Below, piece after piece: positions 12,753-27,198 of a stretch of DNA of 64,000 nucleotides (position 1 is its first letter; each line of letters starts with the position of its first letter). Below the pieces are notes generated by a model. That model did not search any database. It saw nothing but the letters and a program-made list of their open reading frames with translations, and was not told where the DNA came from. Where the stretch lies: positions 10,106,001-10,170,000 of the forward strand of contig OX597825.1 of the NCBI GenBank assembly GCA_951406725.2, in the 5' to 3' direction. Origin of the DNA: Octopus vulgaris. Its lineage: Eukaryota. The translations under genes were made by a program, and so were the position numbers.

Positions 12753-13169
12753 TCATACATATACTCGCATGGTCATTTAACTGGATACACAATTAGAAAC
12801 ACACATACAGGCAAATACCCGCATATGTACACATACACATACACATACATACATATATATACATGCAGAAGCAAACATGGAAAGCTTCCTGAAAAAAAGT
12901 AGCAGGAAATTAAATCGGGATCCAAGATTACTGGTTGGAATCAAAGACGGTTGATTTAATCAAACAATACAAAATCTAATTTAGTGACGTATGAACAACA
13001 ACAACAATAAAAAATAATATAACAATAACAATACATAAAAACAACAACAAAATACAATGCAAACAAAAACAGAAAGCAAAAAAAAATAACAATTGCAACT
13101 TGCTGAAACTGTCCCCATAAAATTGATTAATTCTACTTTAATCCAAGAACACAGAATTGTGTGGAGGAG

Positions 13170-13590
13170 GGATCTTTTCTGTTTGAACGGCAGTTTTTTA
13201 AAATAATTTCCACGTAACTCAACACTTTTAAACTTTGTATACTGGTAGAATGTGTTTATGAAACATCTTTTTCTCTTGGCTTTATTGAGAAAATTCTATA
13301 GTTTGTAAGATATTTGTTGTTTTTTTCCTTCAATTTCAGCAATTTCAACCAATCAATGACGTCTATTGAGGTGAAAATATTCTGTGCCATATGAATATGT
13401 CCCTCGTTTAAGAAACAGATTGGGTTTATTTACATTTCTGAAGAAAAAAGATACCCTTCCCCCACCCCTAACCCTAACCCTAACCCTAAAACAGATTGAA
13501 ATGCAATAGATCGATACTAGGGTCATAATTATGGGTGACAATTTCATATGACACCGCTAGAAATAACTGCCATTCAAACTGAAAAGATCC
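13170..13590. mobile_element. MITE with 26-nt TIRs, 5-bp TSD and internal (CCCTAA)4
   Basis: GGATCTTTTCTGTTTGAACGGCAGTT ... AACTGCCATTCAAACTGAAAAGATCC, AGGAG on both sides. Confidence 0.8.
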
Positions 13591-14575
13591 AGGAGAAGTT
13601 CTGGTTATTGATTAAACCTTGGTATATAACTGGTATTCATTTTATAAAATCATGGAGGTATGGTAGGTAAATTTGATGGTGGGTACATACGAACTCTAAA
13701 CATAAACTGTAGAAAATTTGCCTTAGTGTGACACTCTGCTGTAGCTATGGGACACACTATTGTTTAGTATACACATAACAAAAAATGCTAAACTTTTGCA
13801 AGAGATAACAAAGAAAGAAAAGAAAATGCGATGTGAGAGGAACACCTTTACAAATATGAATGGAGAAAGGAAGGGATGTTATAGAATATATAAAATGAAG
13901 TATTAAGATTTTAAAGGTACAAACACATGGACATACATACACATGCATATATGTATACATACATACATTTGAATGGGGAAAAAATTACATACAGTAATTG
14001 AAATGAATTATAATTAAAGGCTATAAAACATGAAAGAATATTGGTTAAATTGATTTAGGGCACTCCATGAGTTCCCTGTTCACTTTATCATTCTACACGT
14101 TGTGTGTAAGTGCAACTGAATGTACCAGTAAGCATTTTTTAAGACAGTTAATGTTGAAAGACATCCACATCTTGAGGTAATCTCCTTTAAGTTTAGTAGA
14201 GTGGCTAAGTTTTTATTTAACAAATAATCTATCATTTGCATGTTGTTTATATTCTAAACCTAATTGTTAATGTGTTGTATTCTAACTTCTTCAAAAAGAC
14301 CATATCACTAGAGATGCATAATTTGCCTACTAACTGATTCTTTGATTTCTAAAGAATGGTGAATCTTTGTTCAAATGATCTCTTCATTGTTTTCATTATT
14401 TTCCCAAAATGGGATTATGTTTTTAGCTGTCTTTAGTGTTACATCTGCTTCAAACAGTACCCATAGCTTTTTTCTTTCTCTATTGAGAATACTTCTGTTA
14501 TTTCCTGAAAAGCCTGTGGTACCACAAGGAACGAGAGATTTAATCTGCTTCCATCCTTTTAGTATTAGAGATATA

Positions 14576-14801
14576 TGAAGCAGTGCTAAAAAGTTCCTGG
14601 CTTTGAGTAAAAGAAAAAGCTGCAGGATCAAGGATCGGTTAATTATGATTTTATTCAACATATCCCCCCCTCTCAGATTCACACTCTTATTTCAGCAGTC
14701 CTTCAGTATTTCTAAGTCCTGTAAAAAAATTCCAAAATTTGGGCTTCTAACCAGGCCTTTCACAACACCCTAAAAGACAAGAACTTTTTGGTACGCCCTT
14801 G
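14576..14801. mobile_element. mariner-type MITE
   Basis: Degenerate TIRs (GTGCTAAAAAGTTCCTGGCTTT / AAAGACAAGAACTTTTTGGTAC), TA flanks. Confidence 0.55.
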
Positions 14802-15277
14802 TATGACATTTTTCTCTTCTCTCTATCCTGGATTAGTTCTGGTGGCAAGGAAATTCTCTCACCTTCATTTTTTCAGGTAACTGATTGAGTTAAGAATTCC
14901 TTTCATTCGTTTTATATTAAAGGAAGCTTTGACTTATGAACAGAATGCAGTATTTGAAATCATGTAAGAGATGTTAATTGCTGTTGTTGCCACTAGCTCT
15001 TTCTTCAAAACTACTTTCATTTCTTCATTTGTTGTGGTTTAGTCTTGAGGCGTTATTACATATGATGGCCAATTTGAATGTGAAGATGTAATAGGTGCAA
15101 ATAAATTCATAAAAGTTTTATCTTTTTTTTTTGTTTGTTGGCAACCCCCTCATTATCCAAGAACAGGACGACTTTAGGCAGTTATTGAATAATATTAATA
15201 ATAATAAGAAGAATTTATTTTGCAGTGGGTATTTGATGGAGGCATTGCAAGAAGAGTTTACCATTATGTGGGGATTT

Positions 15278-15433
<156 letters not shown>

Positions 15434-15455
15434 GTCATTCTTTTCTTTCCCACAG

Positions 15456-15542
15456 GTTTGAAAGGATCACTAGATCGTCTGCAGCTATCTTATGTTGATA
15501 TAGTTTTTGCCAATAAACCCAGTGCACAAACACCAATGGAAG
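15456..15542 (+). CDS. KCNAB: Kv-beta coding exon 5
   Basis: cccacag|GT...GAAG|gtaagt; 87 nt, phase 1-1; (G)LKGSLDRLQLSYVDIVFANKPSAQTPME, with the Kv-beta-typical Asn (FAN) at the AKR His position. Confidence 0.96.
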
Positions 15543-16827
15543 GTAAGTAAAGTGATAGAGTAAGAGCTCAGTTTAAATATGCCTTAACCCTATGCTATAT
15601 ATATATATAATAGTTGATGCCGAATAAAACGCATATTAAAGCAGCAAGCTGGCAGAACTGTTAGCATGCTGGGCGAAATGCTTACCGGTATTTTGTCTGT
15701 CTTAATGTTCTGAGTTTAAGTTCCACTGAGAGCAACTTTGCTTTTCATTCTTTCAGAGTCGATTAATTAAGTACCAGTTACGCACTGGGGTCAATATAAT
15801 CAACTTAATCCGTTTGTCTGTCCTTGTTTGTTCTCTCTCTGTTTAGCCCCTTGTGGGCAATAAAGAAATAGGTATTTCGTCTGTCTTTACGTTATGAGTT
15901 CAAATTCCACTGAGGGCAACTTTGCCTTTCATTCTTTTGGGGTTAATTAAATAAGTACCAGTTATGCACTGGGGTCGATATAATCGACATAATCCCTTTG
16001 TCTGTCCTTGTTTGTCCCCTCTATGTTTAGCCCCTTGTGGGTAGTAAAGAAATAGGTATTTCGTCTGTCTTCGTGTTCTGAGTTCAAATTCCACTTAGGA
16101 CAACTTTGCCTTTCATTCTTCCAGGGTCGATTAATTAAGTACCAGTTGCATCCTGTCGTCGGTCTAATTGACTGTCCCCCTCCCCCAGAATTTCGGGCTT
16201 TGTGCCTAAAGTAGAAAAGAATATTTAATTCTAGGAAGGCGGCAAGCTGGCAGAAATGTTAGCATGCCGGGCGAAATGCTTAGCAGTATTTTGTCTGTCT
16301 TCATGTTCTGAGTTCAAATTCCATCGAGGTCGACTTTGCCTTTCATCCTTTCAGCATCAATAAATTAAGTACCAGTTGCGTACTGGGTTGATCTAATTGA
16401 CTGGTCCCCTCCCACAAACTTTCAGGCCTTGTGCCTAGAGTAGAAAAGAATATAAAGCACATATCCTTTTAAAAAATGTCTCCAAAAATCACTCCAGGTC
16501 CAGTATGCGAAGTTGGAGCACCTATAAACATTAATGGACTAAAAAGCATTTTTTCCTGAGCAGTTGCAAGTGTGGCTGTGTGGTGAGAAGTTTTCTCTGC
16601 AACCACATGGTTCCAGGTTCAATCCCACTGCCCCTTGAGCAAGTGTCCCCCCTTCATCATTTAACAACCGATGCTGGTGTGTTTACGTCCACGTAACTTA
16701 GTGGTTCAGCAAAAGGGGTTGATAGAATAAGTACTAGCTTAAAGAATCAGTTCTGGGGTCAAATTTACTCAACTAAAGGTGATGCTCCAGCATGGCCACA
16801 GTCAAATTACTGAAACAAGTAAAAGAA

Positions 16828-16863
16828 TATATATATATGTATATATATATATATGTATGTATG

Positions 16864-16946
<83 letters not shown>

Positions 16947-17011
16947 ATATATATATATGTGTGTGTGTATATATATATATGTATGTGTGTATATATATAT
17001 GTGTGTGTATA

Positions 17012-17058
<47 letters not shown>

Positions 17059-17162
17059 ATATATATATTGTGTGTGTGTGTATATATATGTGTGTATGTG
17101 TGTATGTGTGTGATATATATATGTGTGTGTGTATATATATGTGTGTATATATATATATGTGT
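16828..17162. repeat. (TA)n/(TG)n compound microsatellite
   Basis: Direct reading. Confidence 0.95.
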
Positions 17163-18217
17163 ACCGTAAATTATTAATATCTCACCTACATTGCATGTCA
17201 TTCATCTTATGTAATTATTCTTTTACTTCTTAAAAAATACAGAGAAAATAAAGGTAAAAATAGAACTGATAATAAAAATAACTCCAAGATGTAATTAGAG
17301 AAGAGTAAGAACTAAATTTTCCGAAAGAAAACAGATAAAAGAATAAATTTCATCTTGTACTTCCACCAGCTGTCATTAAATGTTTTCATATCTTCAAAGA
17401 ATAATCTCAAGAAAACATGAACATCTTTCTCTGCAACATAATGTTTCCCCAGACTTTGTCTCATTCTGAGATAAACAAATAAAGTTTATCTGACTTATTA
17501 CTAATACATTATAGCTGTTCTCGGTACACTGACTGCCAAAAATATAGCATACTCTTTGGGTTGCTGATTCATCAGTTTTATATTAACTTCTTTGAATTCT
17601 ATGGAATTTCGGAATAGAAGAGCCAACTTCCGTTGTGTGAGTGTGTGTGTTGGTGTGTGTGTGTGTTTGTGTTTGTGTGTGCAGGTATGTCTTTATACAG
17701 TGTATGTATGAGACACAGACAAAAATTATTGCATAAGGAGATACTCTTTTACTCTTTTACTCTTTTACTTGTTTCAGTCATTTGACTGCGGTCATGCTGG
17801 AGCACCGCCTTTAGTCCAGCAAATCGACCCCGGGACTTATTCTTTTTGTAAGCCCAGTACTTATTCTATTGGTCTCTTTTGCCGAACCGCTAAGTGACGG
17901 GGACGTAAACACACCAGCATCGGTTGTCAAGCAATGCTAGGGGGACAAACACAGACACACAAACACACACACACATATATATATACATATATACGACAGG
18001 CTTCTTTCAGTTTCCGTCTACCAAATCCACTCACAAGGCATTGGTCGGCCCAGGGCTATAGCAGAAGACACTTGCCCAAGATGCCACGCAGTGGGACTGA
18101 ACCCAGAACCATGTGGTTGGTAAACAAGCTACTTACCACACAGCCACTCTTGCGCCTATTTAAGTTCTCTTTACTTGAAGAATGTGTATCCAGTTACATG
18201 ACAGACATACGGATATA

Positions 18218-18545
18218 CAGGGTGGCCCAAAAGCAGGTTTACAGTTCTTCAACCATCTCTTTTGCATTCTTATATTAACAGTTTAGATCTTAATTGTAAA
18301 AACATATGAAGCAATTAATCTATGCTAATTTAATTAATTTTGTCAAGCTCCCTTTTCAGTTTATAAGATAAAAATATAAATGTAATAAAAATGTTTTAAA
18401 AGAAATTTAAAGTACCTACATGATAACTGTACACATACTTTTGGGCCACCCTGAAATCCTCGGATCTTTCAAATGTAATAAAATGTTTTAAAAGAAATTT
18501 AAAGTACCTACATGATAACTGTACACATACTTTTGGGCCACCCTG
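18218..18545. mobile_element. Tc1/mariner MITE with tandemly duplicated right end
   Basis: TA-CAGGGTGGCCCAAAAG...CTTTTGGGCCACCCTG. A ~92-nt block containing the right TIR occurs twice (TIR ends at 18453 and 18545). Confidence 0.65.
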
Positions 18546-21500
18546 AAATCCTCGGATCTTTCAAAGAATTCCTCTTCCCATCCTCGGAACTTTCTAGGAA
18601 ATCCTCGGCACTTTCCGGGAAGTCCTCAGAACTTTCTAGGAAATCCCCGGAAAATTCCAGGTGGTCCTCTATTTTTCTCCATCCTCGTAACTTTTGGATG
18701 ACGTTGGACATTCCTTGAATTCCTCAGAAATTTTCCAGAAGCCTCAGAATTTCATGGAAGAGTCCTCCCATCGGAACTTTCCCTGTAATATCATCCCCAA
18801 TCCTCACAACTTAAAGGGTACACGTGTCTGGAATACTCAGCCACTTGCACATTAATTTCATGAGCAGACTGTTCTGTTGATTAGATCATGCTCTTTGCCA
18901 TAACCAATGGAGTACCAGTTATGTGTACGTAAGTATGTATGTGTGCATGTGTTTATGTGTGCATCGGCATCTGCATGTGCATGCATGTGTGTGTGACATA
19001 GCACTTACACTTCTCTCCAGATATATATCTGCGACAGACTGTAATGGGTCATCTTTTGCCTTTATGCATTTCAAGATGTATAAAAAATCTCTTACTTAAA
19101 ATGCAGTTAAGGGTTAGCAACAGGAAGAGCATCCAGCTCTAAAACAATGCCTTGATAATTTATTCATTTAATGCATGGTAGTATAGACACAGATATGTGT
19201 GTCTGTGTGTGTGTGTGGGTGTGTGTTTGAATGCATCGATATATACATGCATACACATGTATGTATACATATACAGACACATACATACTCACACAATCAT
19301 TTACATACATACGTGTGGTAAGAAGCTTGCTTCCCAACCACATGGTTCCAAGTTCTCTCCCACTGCATTGCACCTCAGGCCAGCCTTATGAGTAGATTTG
19401 GTAGATAGGAAACTGAAAGAAGCCTATCATGTGTGTGGGGGTGGGTGTGTGCATGTGCCTTTCTGTCTGTGTCTGTCCCCCCCTCACTGTTTAACAATCA
19501 CTGTTGGTGTATCTACATCTCCATAACTTAGTAGTTCAGCAATAGAGACTGATAGAATAAGTATTTAGCTTTAAAAGAAAGTACTGGAGTTGCTCCAATA
19601 AAATAAAAATTCTTCAAGGCAGTGCTGTAGCATGGCCATAGCCTAATGACTAAAACAAGTTAAAGATAAAAAAATATATAGGTGCTGGAGTGGCTGTGTG
19701 GTAAGTAGCTTGCTTACCAACCACAGGGTTCCGGGTTCAGTCTCACTATGCGGCACCTTGGGCAAGTGTCTTCTTCTGTATCCTCAGGCTGACCAAAGCC
19801 TTGTGAGTGGATTTGGTAGATGGAAACTGAAAGAAGCTCGTCATATATATATATGTGTGTGTGCGAGTGTGTGTGTATATGTTTGTGTGCCTGTGTTTGT
19901 CCCACCACCACCACCATCACTTGACAACCAATGCTGGTGTGTTTACGTTCCCATAACTTAGCAGTTCGGCAAAAGAGAGACCAATAGAATAAGTGTACAA
20001 GGCTTCCAAAGAATAAGTCCTGGGGTCGATTTGCTCGACTAAAGGTGGTGCTCCAGCATGGCCACAGTCAAATGACTGAAACGAATAAAAGAATAAAGAG
20101 ATATACCAACACAAACACACATATCCACACAAATGTTTTGGCTAACATTCAAGAGTACAGAGCAGTAAACTGCTTGTTAATTTTCCAGTTGAAATGGTAA
20201 GACGAAAGTATATTCCTGTCCTAGGCGTCATCTCATTTAAAATTATGGCTAGGATAGTGTTGAGTTCCTTGCCCAAGGTCATAGCATATAACCATTAACA
20301 AGATTTAAAATTCCTCTCTGTTTGCCAGTAATCCGATTCCTTCACTAGTTTGCCAGGCATATGGTAAGTTTATGGTGTGCATTTAAGCACTTATTGATAT
20401 TTGGGTGTGTATATATACATTTATTACAGAATAAAGAATGGCACATTTGGTAAAAAGCCAATTATGCTATATATGTTTCAGAGGAATTTGAAATATAGTA
20501 ATTTGATGATCTGAGTTCAGTTCCTTCTGGAGTTAAAATGACTTTCAAAGTCAATGTATACTACACTATCTTGTCATCATCATCGTTTAACGTCCACTTT
20601 CCATGCTAGCATGGGTTGGACGAGTTAACTGAGGACTGGCAAACCAGATTGCTGCTCCAGGCTCCGATCTGATCTGGTAGTGTTTCTATAGCTGGATGCC
20701 CTTCCTAATGCCAACCACTCCAAGAGTGTGGTGGGTGCTTTTACGTGCCACTGGCATGAGGGCCAGTCAGGTGGTACTGGCAACGGCCACGCTCAAATGG
20801 TATTTTTACATGCTACTTGCACAGGAACCAGTCCAGTGGCACTGGCAACGACCTCACTCGAATGTTTTTTCACGTGCCACCAGCACAAGTGCCAGTGAGG
20901 CATTGCTGGTAACGATCATGCTCGAACGGTGCTTTTAATGTGTCACTAACACGGAAGCCAGTCAGCTGCTCTGGCAACGATCACACTCAGGTGGTGCTCT
21001 TAGCGCTCCACTAGCACGGATGTCAGTCATCGAATTTGATTTCAATTTCGATTTCACTTGCGGTATTTAATATACACTCATTCAAGGCAGCGTGCTGGCA
21101 GAATCGTTAGCACACTGGGTGGGGTGCTTAGCAGTGTTTTGTCTGTCTTTATGTTCTGAGTTCAAATTCTGCTAAAGTCAACTTTCATCCCTTCAGGGTT
21201 GATAAGATATGTACCTGTTGAGTACTGGGGTTGATGTAATTGACTTAATCCAATCCTTAAAATTGCTGGCCTTGTGCCACAATTTGAAATCAATGTATGC
21301 TCACCAGTATTGGATCATTGTCAGTGCCACCTGACTGGCTACCGTGCTGGTGGCATGTAAAAAACACCATTCAAGCGTGGTCGATACCTGTACTGCTTGA
21401 CTGACTCCTGTACCTGTGTCACATAAATAGCACCATTCAAGCATGGATGATGCCAGTACCACCTGACTGGCTACCGTGCCGATGGCATGTAAAAAGCACC

Positions 21501-21710
21501 ATTCAAACATGGTCAGTGCCAGTACTGTCTGACTGGCCTTCATACCAGTGGCACGTAAAAAGCACCACTACACTCTCAGAGTGGTTGGCATCAGGAAGGA
21601 CATCTAGCTGTAGAAACCTTGCCAGATCAAACTGGAGCCTGGTACAGCCTTCTGGCTTGCCAGTCGTCAGTCAAACCATCCAACCCAGGCCAGCATGGAG
21701 AGCAGAAGAA

Positions 21711-21767
<57 letters not shown>

Positions 21768-22556
21768 CTCTGCCATCCAAATGCACACCACTGGCCACCC
21801 TTTGTCAATTTACTAATTCCCCTTTCATTTATATCCATAGAGATATAAATGCAGTTTCTTTCTCAAATACTTTCTTTCTCAATGCTGCTGTATATCAAAA
21901 CACATTTGTCAATTGTACTTACACATGGTACCTATGTGCTGTTGAATGGTCTGAGCAATCTCTTACTCATAGTCTAGTCTCAGTGGCTGTGCTTGTGTTA
22001 GAATTCATATTATTCTTTTCTACTCTAGGCACAAGGCCCAAAAGTTTTGGGGAGACTGACCCCAGTATGCAACTGGTACTTAATTTATCGACCCTGAAAG
22101 GATGAAAGGCAAAGTCAACCTTGGCGGAATTTGAATTCAGAATATAACGACAGACAAAATACCTATTTCTTTATTACCCACAAGGGGCTAAACATAGAGG
22201 GGACAAACAAGGACAGACAAACGGATTAAGTCGATTATATCAACCCCAGTGCATGACTAGTACTTATTTAATCGACCCCGAAAGGATGAAAGGCAAAGTC
22301 GACCTCAGCGGAATTTGAACTTAGAACGTAGCGGCACACGAAATACCATTAAGCATTTCGCCCAGCATGCTAATGATTCTGCCAGCTCACTATCTTTATT
22401 ATTATTCTGTCACTATCTGCATGTAATCTTATAACTATGGAACAAAATCAAAGATATAATCTATCATACACAACACAGTTATATTATTCCATGAACTATG
22501 CCATTGGATTATAGGACATGTGTTTTGCCATCAGCTATGGACACCAAATCTTTTTT

Positions 22557-22955
22557 TAATCTAAAATATACTCTCCTTCATTTTCTACAATGCTCTTCCA
22601 TCGATCTGGTAGACTTTCAAAGCCCCTCTACCAAAATTCACTTGTCTGTGATGAAAAATACTCCTCCAGTACTATTCTGACCTCTTCTTCAGAACTCATA
22701 TTTTTTCTGCCCAAATAATTTTGAAGACTGTGAAATAAATGATAATCAGATGGGGCAATGTCCAGCGAATATGGTGGGTGGAGCATTATTTTCCCATTCA
22801 AACTTCTCCAACCTTTGGAATGTCATCCACGCTGTATGTGGCTGAGCATTATCCTGATGGAGGAACACCTTTCGTCTTGAAACCAAAGATGGTCGTTTTC
22901 CTTCTAGTGCTGACTTAAGCCGCTCAAACTGTTCACATTAGATCTCCTTTGTTAT
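22557..22955 (-). mobile_element. mariner transposase C-terminal relic
   Basis: Minus strand reads ...KVFLHQDNAQPH.../HPPYSLDIAPSDYHLFHSLQN.../LPDRWKSIVENEGEYILD*, with stops and a frameshift. Confidence 0.85.
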
Positions 22956-23213
22956 CATAATATAATGTCTAACAGCTGAGGAATTCTACCTCTGGATTCC
23001 CTCCATTTTCTTCTTGCCATATAAATTAAGGGCAAAACCACTTATTACCCTCACCTAATTATTATACTCAGTATTATTGTACACACGCAATAACCAACGC
23101 TTGTGTATTAAATAATTGGGTATTCTACCATCAGTATATTGGATAGATATTATCCCTTAGTTGGTTGGATTCACAACCTCTAACTCTCTTTGAATTATAA
23201 ATACATACATACA

Positions 23214-23271
<58 letters not shown>

Positions 23272-24340
23272 CTGCTCGCTTAGCCAGCGGGGTGGTGTCA
23301 TTTGAAGGCTAAAACAATGCGAAGTGCATTGTGACCAGCGATGTGTAGCAACATCTGATAGCCTGGTCGATCACGGTGATCACGGTGATATATATATATA
23401 TATATACACACATACATATATACATACACACTATGTTTACCCTCCCCCTCCACTGCATGACAACTGCTGTTGGTGTGTTTATGTCCTCATTACTTAGCAG
23501 TTCAGCAAAAGAAACCGACCCGAGTATCAGGTTTAAAAAAATAAAGTACCGGGATCAATTCATTCAACCAAAATTCCTCAAGGTGGCGCCCCATAAAAGA
23601 TAAAGGTGCAAGCATACTTACATACATGCATGTAAGCATACAACAAACATACATGATTGCATGCACACACAAGTATACAAACATTAAATAAATGATTGTA
23701 TTTACATCGCTGCGTCTTATACTTCAGCTGGTTTACACCAAATAACTCACATTCTAAATGTTTGCAAACTACATTCACAGAAACATGCAAACAATTGGCA
23801 GAATGTGGAGGTAATTAGGTTGTAAAAATATCACCGTCTTAATGTCAAGAACCTCTTAGTCTGCCATCCAGCAACTGATTTTGTAGAATTAAGCAAACTG
23901 TCTGCTGATCTAAGACAGAGAACCAATTTAGTGTGAAGAATGTCTTTGATACATGAGTTATATATACTCAGTGATGGAGAACCACAGCTAGCTGGATCAA
24001 TATAGTGTTAAGGGCTATTAAAGGAAGGGTCACAAGATCAGATTTAATTAATGTCCTCACTAAGACACTTAATTACCACTGGCGCAGTTCATTCGTTTGT
24101 AAATAGGTACTATAGGCATTCTTTCATTTACTCTTTTGCATGTTTCTGCCAGTTGACTGTGGCCATGCTGGAGCACTGCCTTTTAGTCGAGGAAATCGAC
24201 CCCAGGACTTATTCTTTGTAAGCTTAGTACTTATTCTATCGGTCTCTTTTTGCCGAACTGCTAAGATACAGGGACGTGAACACACCAGCGTCCATTGTCA
24301 AGCAATGGTGGTGGGGGGACAAAGACAGACACACAAACAT

Positions 24341-24373
<33 letters not shown>

Positions 24374-24757
24374 TATACGACAGGCTTCTTTCAGTTTCCG
24401 TCTACCAAATCCACTCACAAGGCTTTGGTCAGCATGAGGCTATAGTAAAAGATGCTTGCCCAAAGTGCCATGCAGTGGGACTGAACCTGGAGTCATGTGG
24501 TTGGTAAACAAGCTACTTACCACACAGCCACTTCTGCACCTATAAATGTACTATATAAATGTACTATAAATTCTACACAGCCTTGGTTTTCTTGTCTCGT
24601 TTTGTTTAACATATACATGCTCACACAAGACCCATATTAGACTCCTCACTCGTATTATTATCGAACCGAGAGTCTAACTATAGTCCTCCCATTGCACTTA
24701 CATAACCTTACCTGCCACCTTGGGTCTTCTAGATACCAATTACCTCTCATATCGTTG

Positions 24758-24800
<43 letters not shown>

Positions 24801-24824
24801 GTTATGTATTTCTATATAATTAGC

Positions 24825-24924
<100 letters not shown>

Positions 24925-25203
24925 CATAAATGTGTGTGTGTGTGTGTGTGAATAATAGGAAGTTGGAAATATTGCAGTTAATAAGAGTTTATTATCAGCA
25001 AAAAATCGACCATTATCCCTTACAGCTGTTTCAATTAAGCTTAGTGATTTTAAATAACTATTAAAATCATATTTCTGAGCTGATTTTTTTTGTTGATAAT
25101 ACACTCTTATTAACTGCAATATCTCCATTTTCTTATTATTCATATATATATATATATATACATATATACATATATACATTTATCAATTTGCTTTGCAAGA
25201 TCC

Positions 25204-25238
<35 letters not shown>

Positions 25239-25523
25239 TTGTATGTATATATATAAATGAATATATATATTCCTAGTCGTGTTTGCTTTTGATTATTTTG
25301 TGTGAATTGATCAAGAAAGTAAATGTGAGTGCAATAGTCAATATTTTTTTTTTACCTTAATTAAATATCACCTTTTTTTTATTATTATCTGCCAAGCACT
25401 TCTCTTCCTGTACTGCCATTTCTCTCGGCTTCTTCCAAATCTTCTCTGTTTCCTTGCCTTCCTATCCACCCCTTTAATTTTTAAAGTTGATTCTTCACTA
25501 TTCCCTCACGCTCCACAAACCAG

Positions 25524-25565
25524 ATGTAAATTCCATCAGTTTGCACGATCCTTTATTCATGAGTG
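25524..25565 (+). CDS. KCNAB: Candidate alternative cassette exon of Kv-beta (14 aa insert DVNSISLHDPLFMS)
   Basis: Pyrimidine-rich upstream region, aaccag|AT...AGTG|gtgagt consensus donor. 42 nt, phase 1-1, stop-free; fits exactly between exons 5 and 6. No transcript evidence available. Confidence 0.6.
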
Positions 25566-25820
25566 GTGAGTATTTCTTCAATATAGCTGCTGCTGCTGCC
25601 AATTTCTGTCTTAAAGCTATAATTCTTTTTCTTTTCAAACAGTTTCTTTTTTTTTTCTTTTTTTTTCTTTACTTTTTTTATATATAATCTTTCATTTTAT
25701 TCTCCTACATTTTCTGCCATGCCACGAGAAAAGGCTTTGAAACAGAAAATAGCAAACATAATAATATATATATATCCATGCCGTATAAGTAACTTGTTTT
25801 ATCGTCATTGTTGTGGATGC

Positions 25821-25821
25821 T

Positions 25822-25890
<69 letters not shown>

Positions 25891-25917
25891 GTAATAATAA
25901 TGATAATAGTAATAATA

Positions 25918-25948
<31 letters not shown>

Positions 25949-25998
25949 TAGTAATAATAATGATAATAGTAATAATAATTAGTAATAATAATATAATA

Positions 25999-26038
<40 letters not shown>

Positions 26039-26445
26039 GTAATAATAATAATAATAGTAATATAATAATAATAATAGTAATAATAATAATAATAGTAATT
26101 ATAATAATAATAATAATAATGATAATAATAATAATAGTAATAATAATAGTAATAATAATGATAATAGTAATAATAATAATAGTAATAATAATAATAATAA
26201 TAATAATAGTAATAATAATAATAATAGTAATTATAATAATAATAATGATGATAATAATAATAGTAATAATAATAGTAATAATAATGATAATAGTAATAAT
26301 AATAGTAATAATAATAATAATAGTAATAGTAATAATAATAGTAATTATAATAATAATAATGATAATAATAATAATAGTAATAATAATAGTAATAATAATA
26401 ATAATAATAGTAATAGTAATAATAATAGTAATAATAATAATAAGA
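25821..26445. repeat. ~620-nt (AAT)n array with AGT/GAT variants
   Basis: Direct reading; source of the poly-I/poly-N ORFs. Confidence 0.97.
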
Positions 26446-26464
26446 AGAAGAAGAATAACAGTAA

Positions 26465-26931
26465 TTGTTTTGTCTTGGTATAAAAGATGGGCTACAGCAA
26501 ATATTCTACTCAATACCACAGATTTGCTTGTCAGTTGTTTGACCTTAACCAGTTGAGCATGTCCCTTAGTGGCTGACGATATGTGCGTCTCTGATCACGA
26601 GCAGAAGTAGTGGGGGAGCATCATAGCCATGTGTTGAGAGGGATTCTTTAGGATTTGAATAATTCACCTTTGGAAACATGGGTGTTTCATTCAACATCTT
26701 TAAACAACCCTTATTCAGGGACCTTACTCGACCTGAAGAAAATTCTAACTGGGCCCCCACCTGCAAGGTCATGTGCTGTTTATATTGATATGAGATCACC
26801 ATGTCGCGCACATATGGTTGTGATGCATGTGCCTGGTGTACCCTTATCAGACGGGTAGTCATGAGGGGCATACTGGGCTTCGTATATTTTACCCCAGTGT
26901 CACTTTGCTGGAATGCACCACTCTCTCACTC
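26465..26931 (+). mobile_element. ~500-nt non-coding interspersed element embedded in (AAT)n
   Basis: A second copy lies inverted at ~48137-48675, also inside (TTA)n. Confidence 0.75.
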
Positions 26932-27017
26932 AATAATAATAATAATAATAAAAATAACAACAACAAAAATGATGCTATAATAATAATAACAACAATAATG
27001 ATGCTACAATGATGATG

Positions 27018-27048
<31 letters not shown>

Positions 27049-27108
27049 CAACAACAACAATACTGCTACAATGATAATAATAATAACAACAACAATACTG
27101 CTACAATG

Positions 27109-27139
<31 letters not shown>

Positions 27140-27167
27140 CAACAACAATAACGATGCTACAATGATG

Positions 27168-27198
<31 letters not shown>

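Noticed and set aside
25692-26556. Long poly-Ile ORFs (275 and 247 aa)
   Set aside because: Translation of the (AAT)n array.
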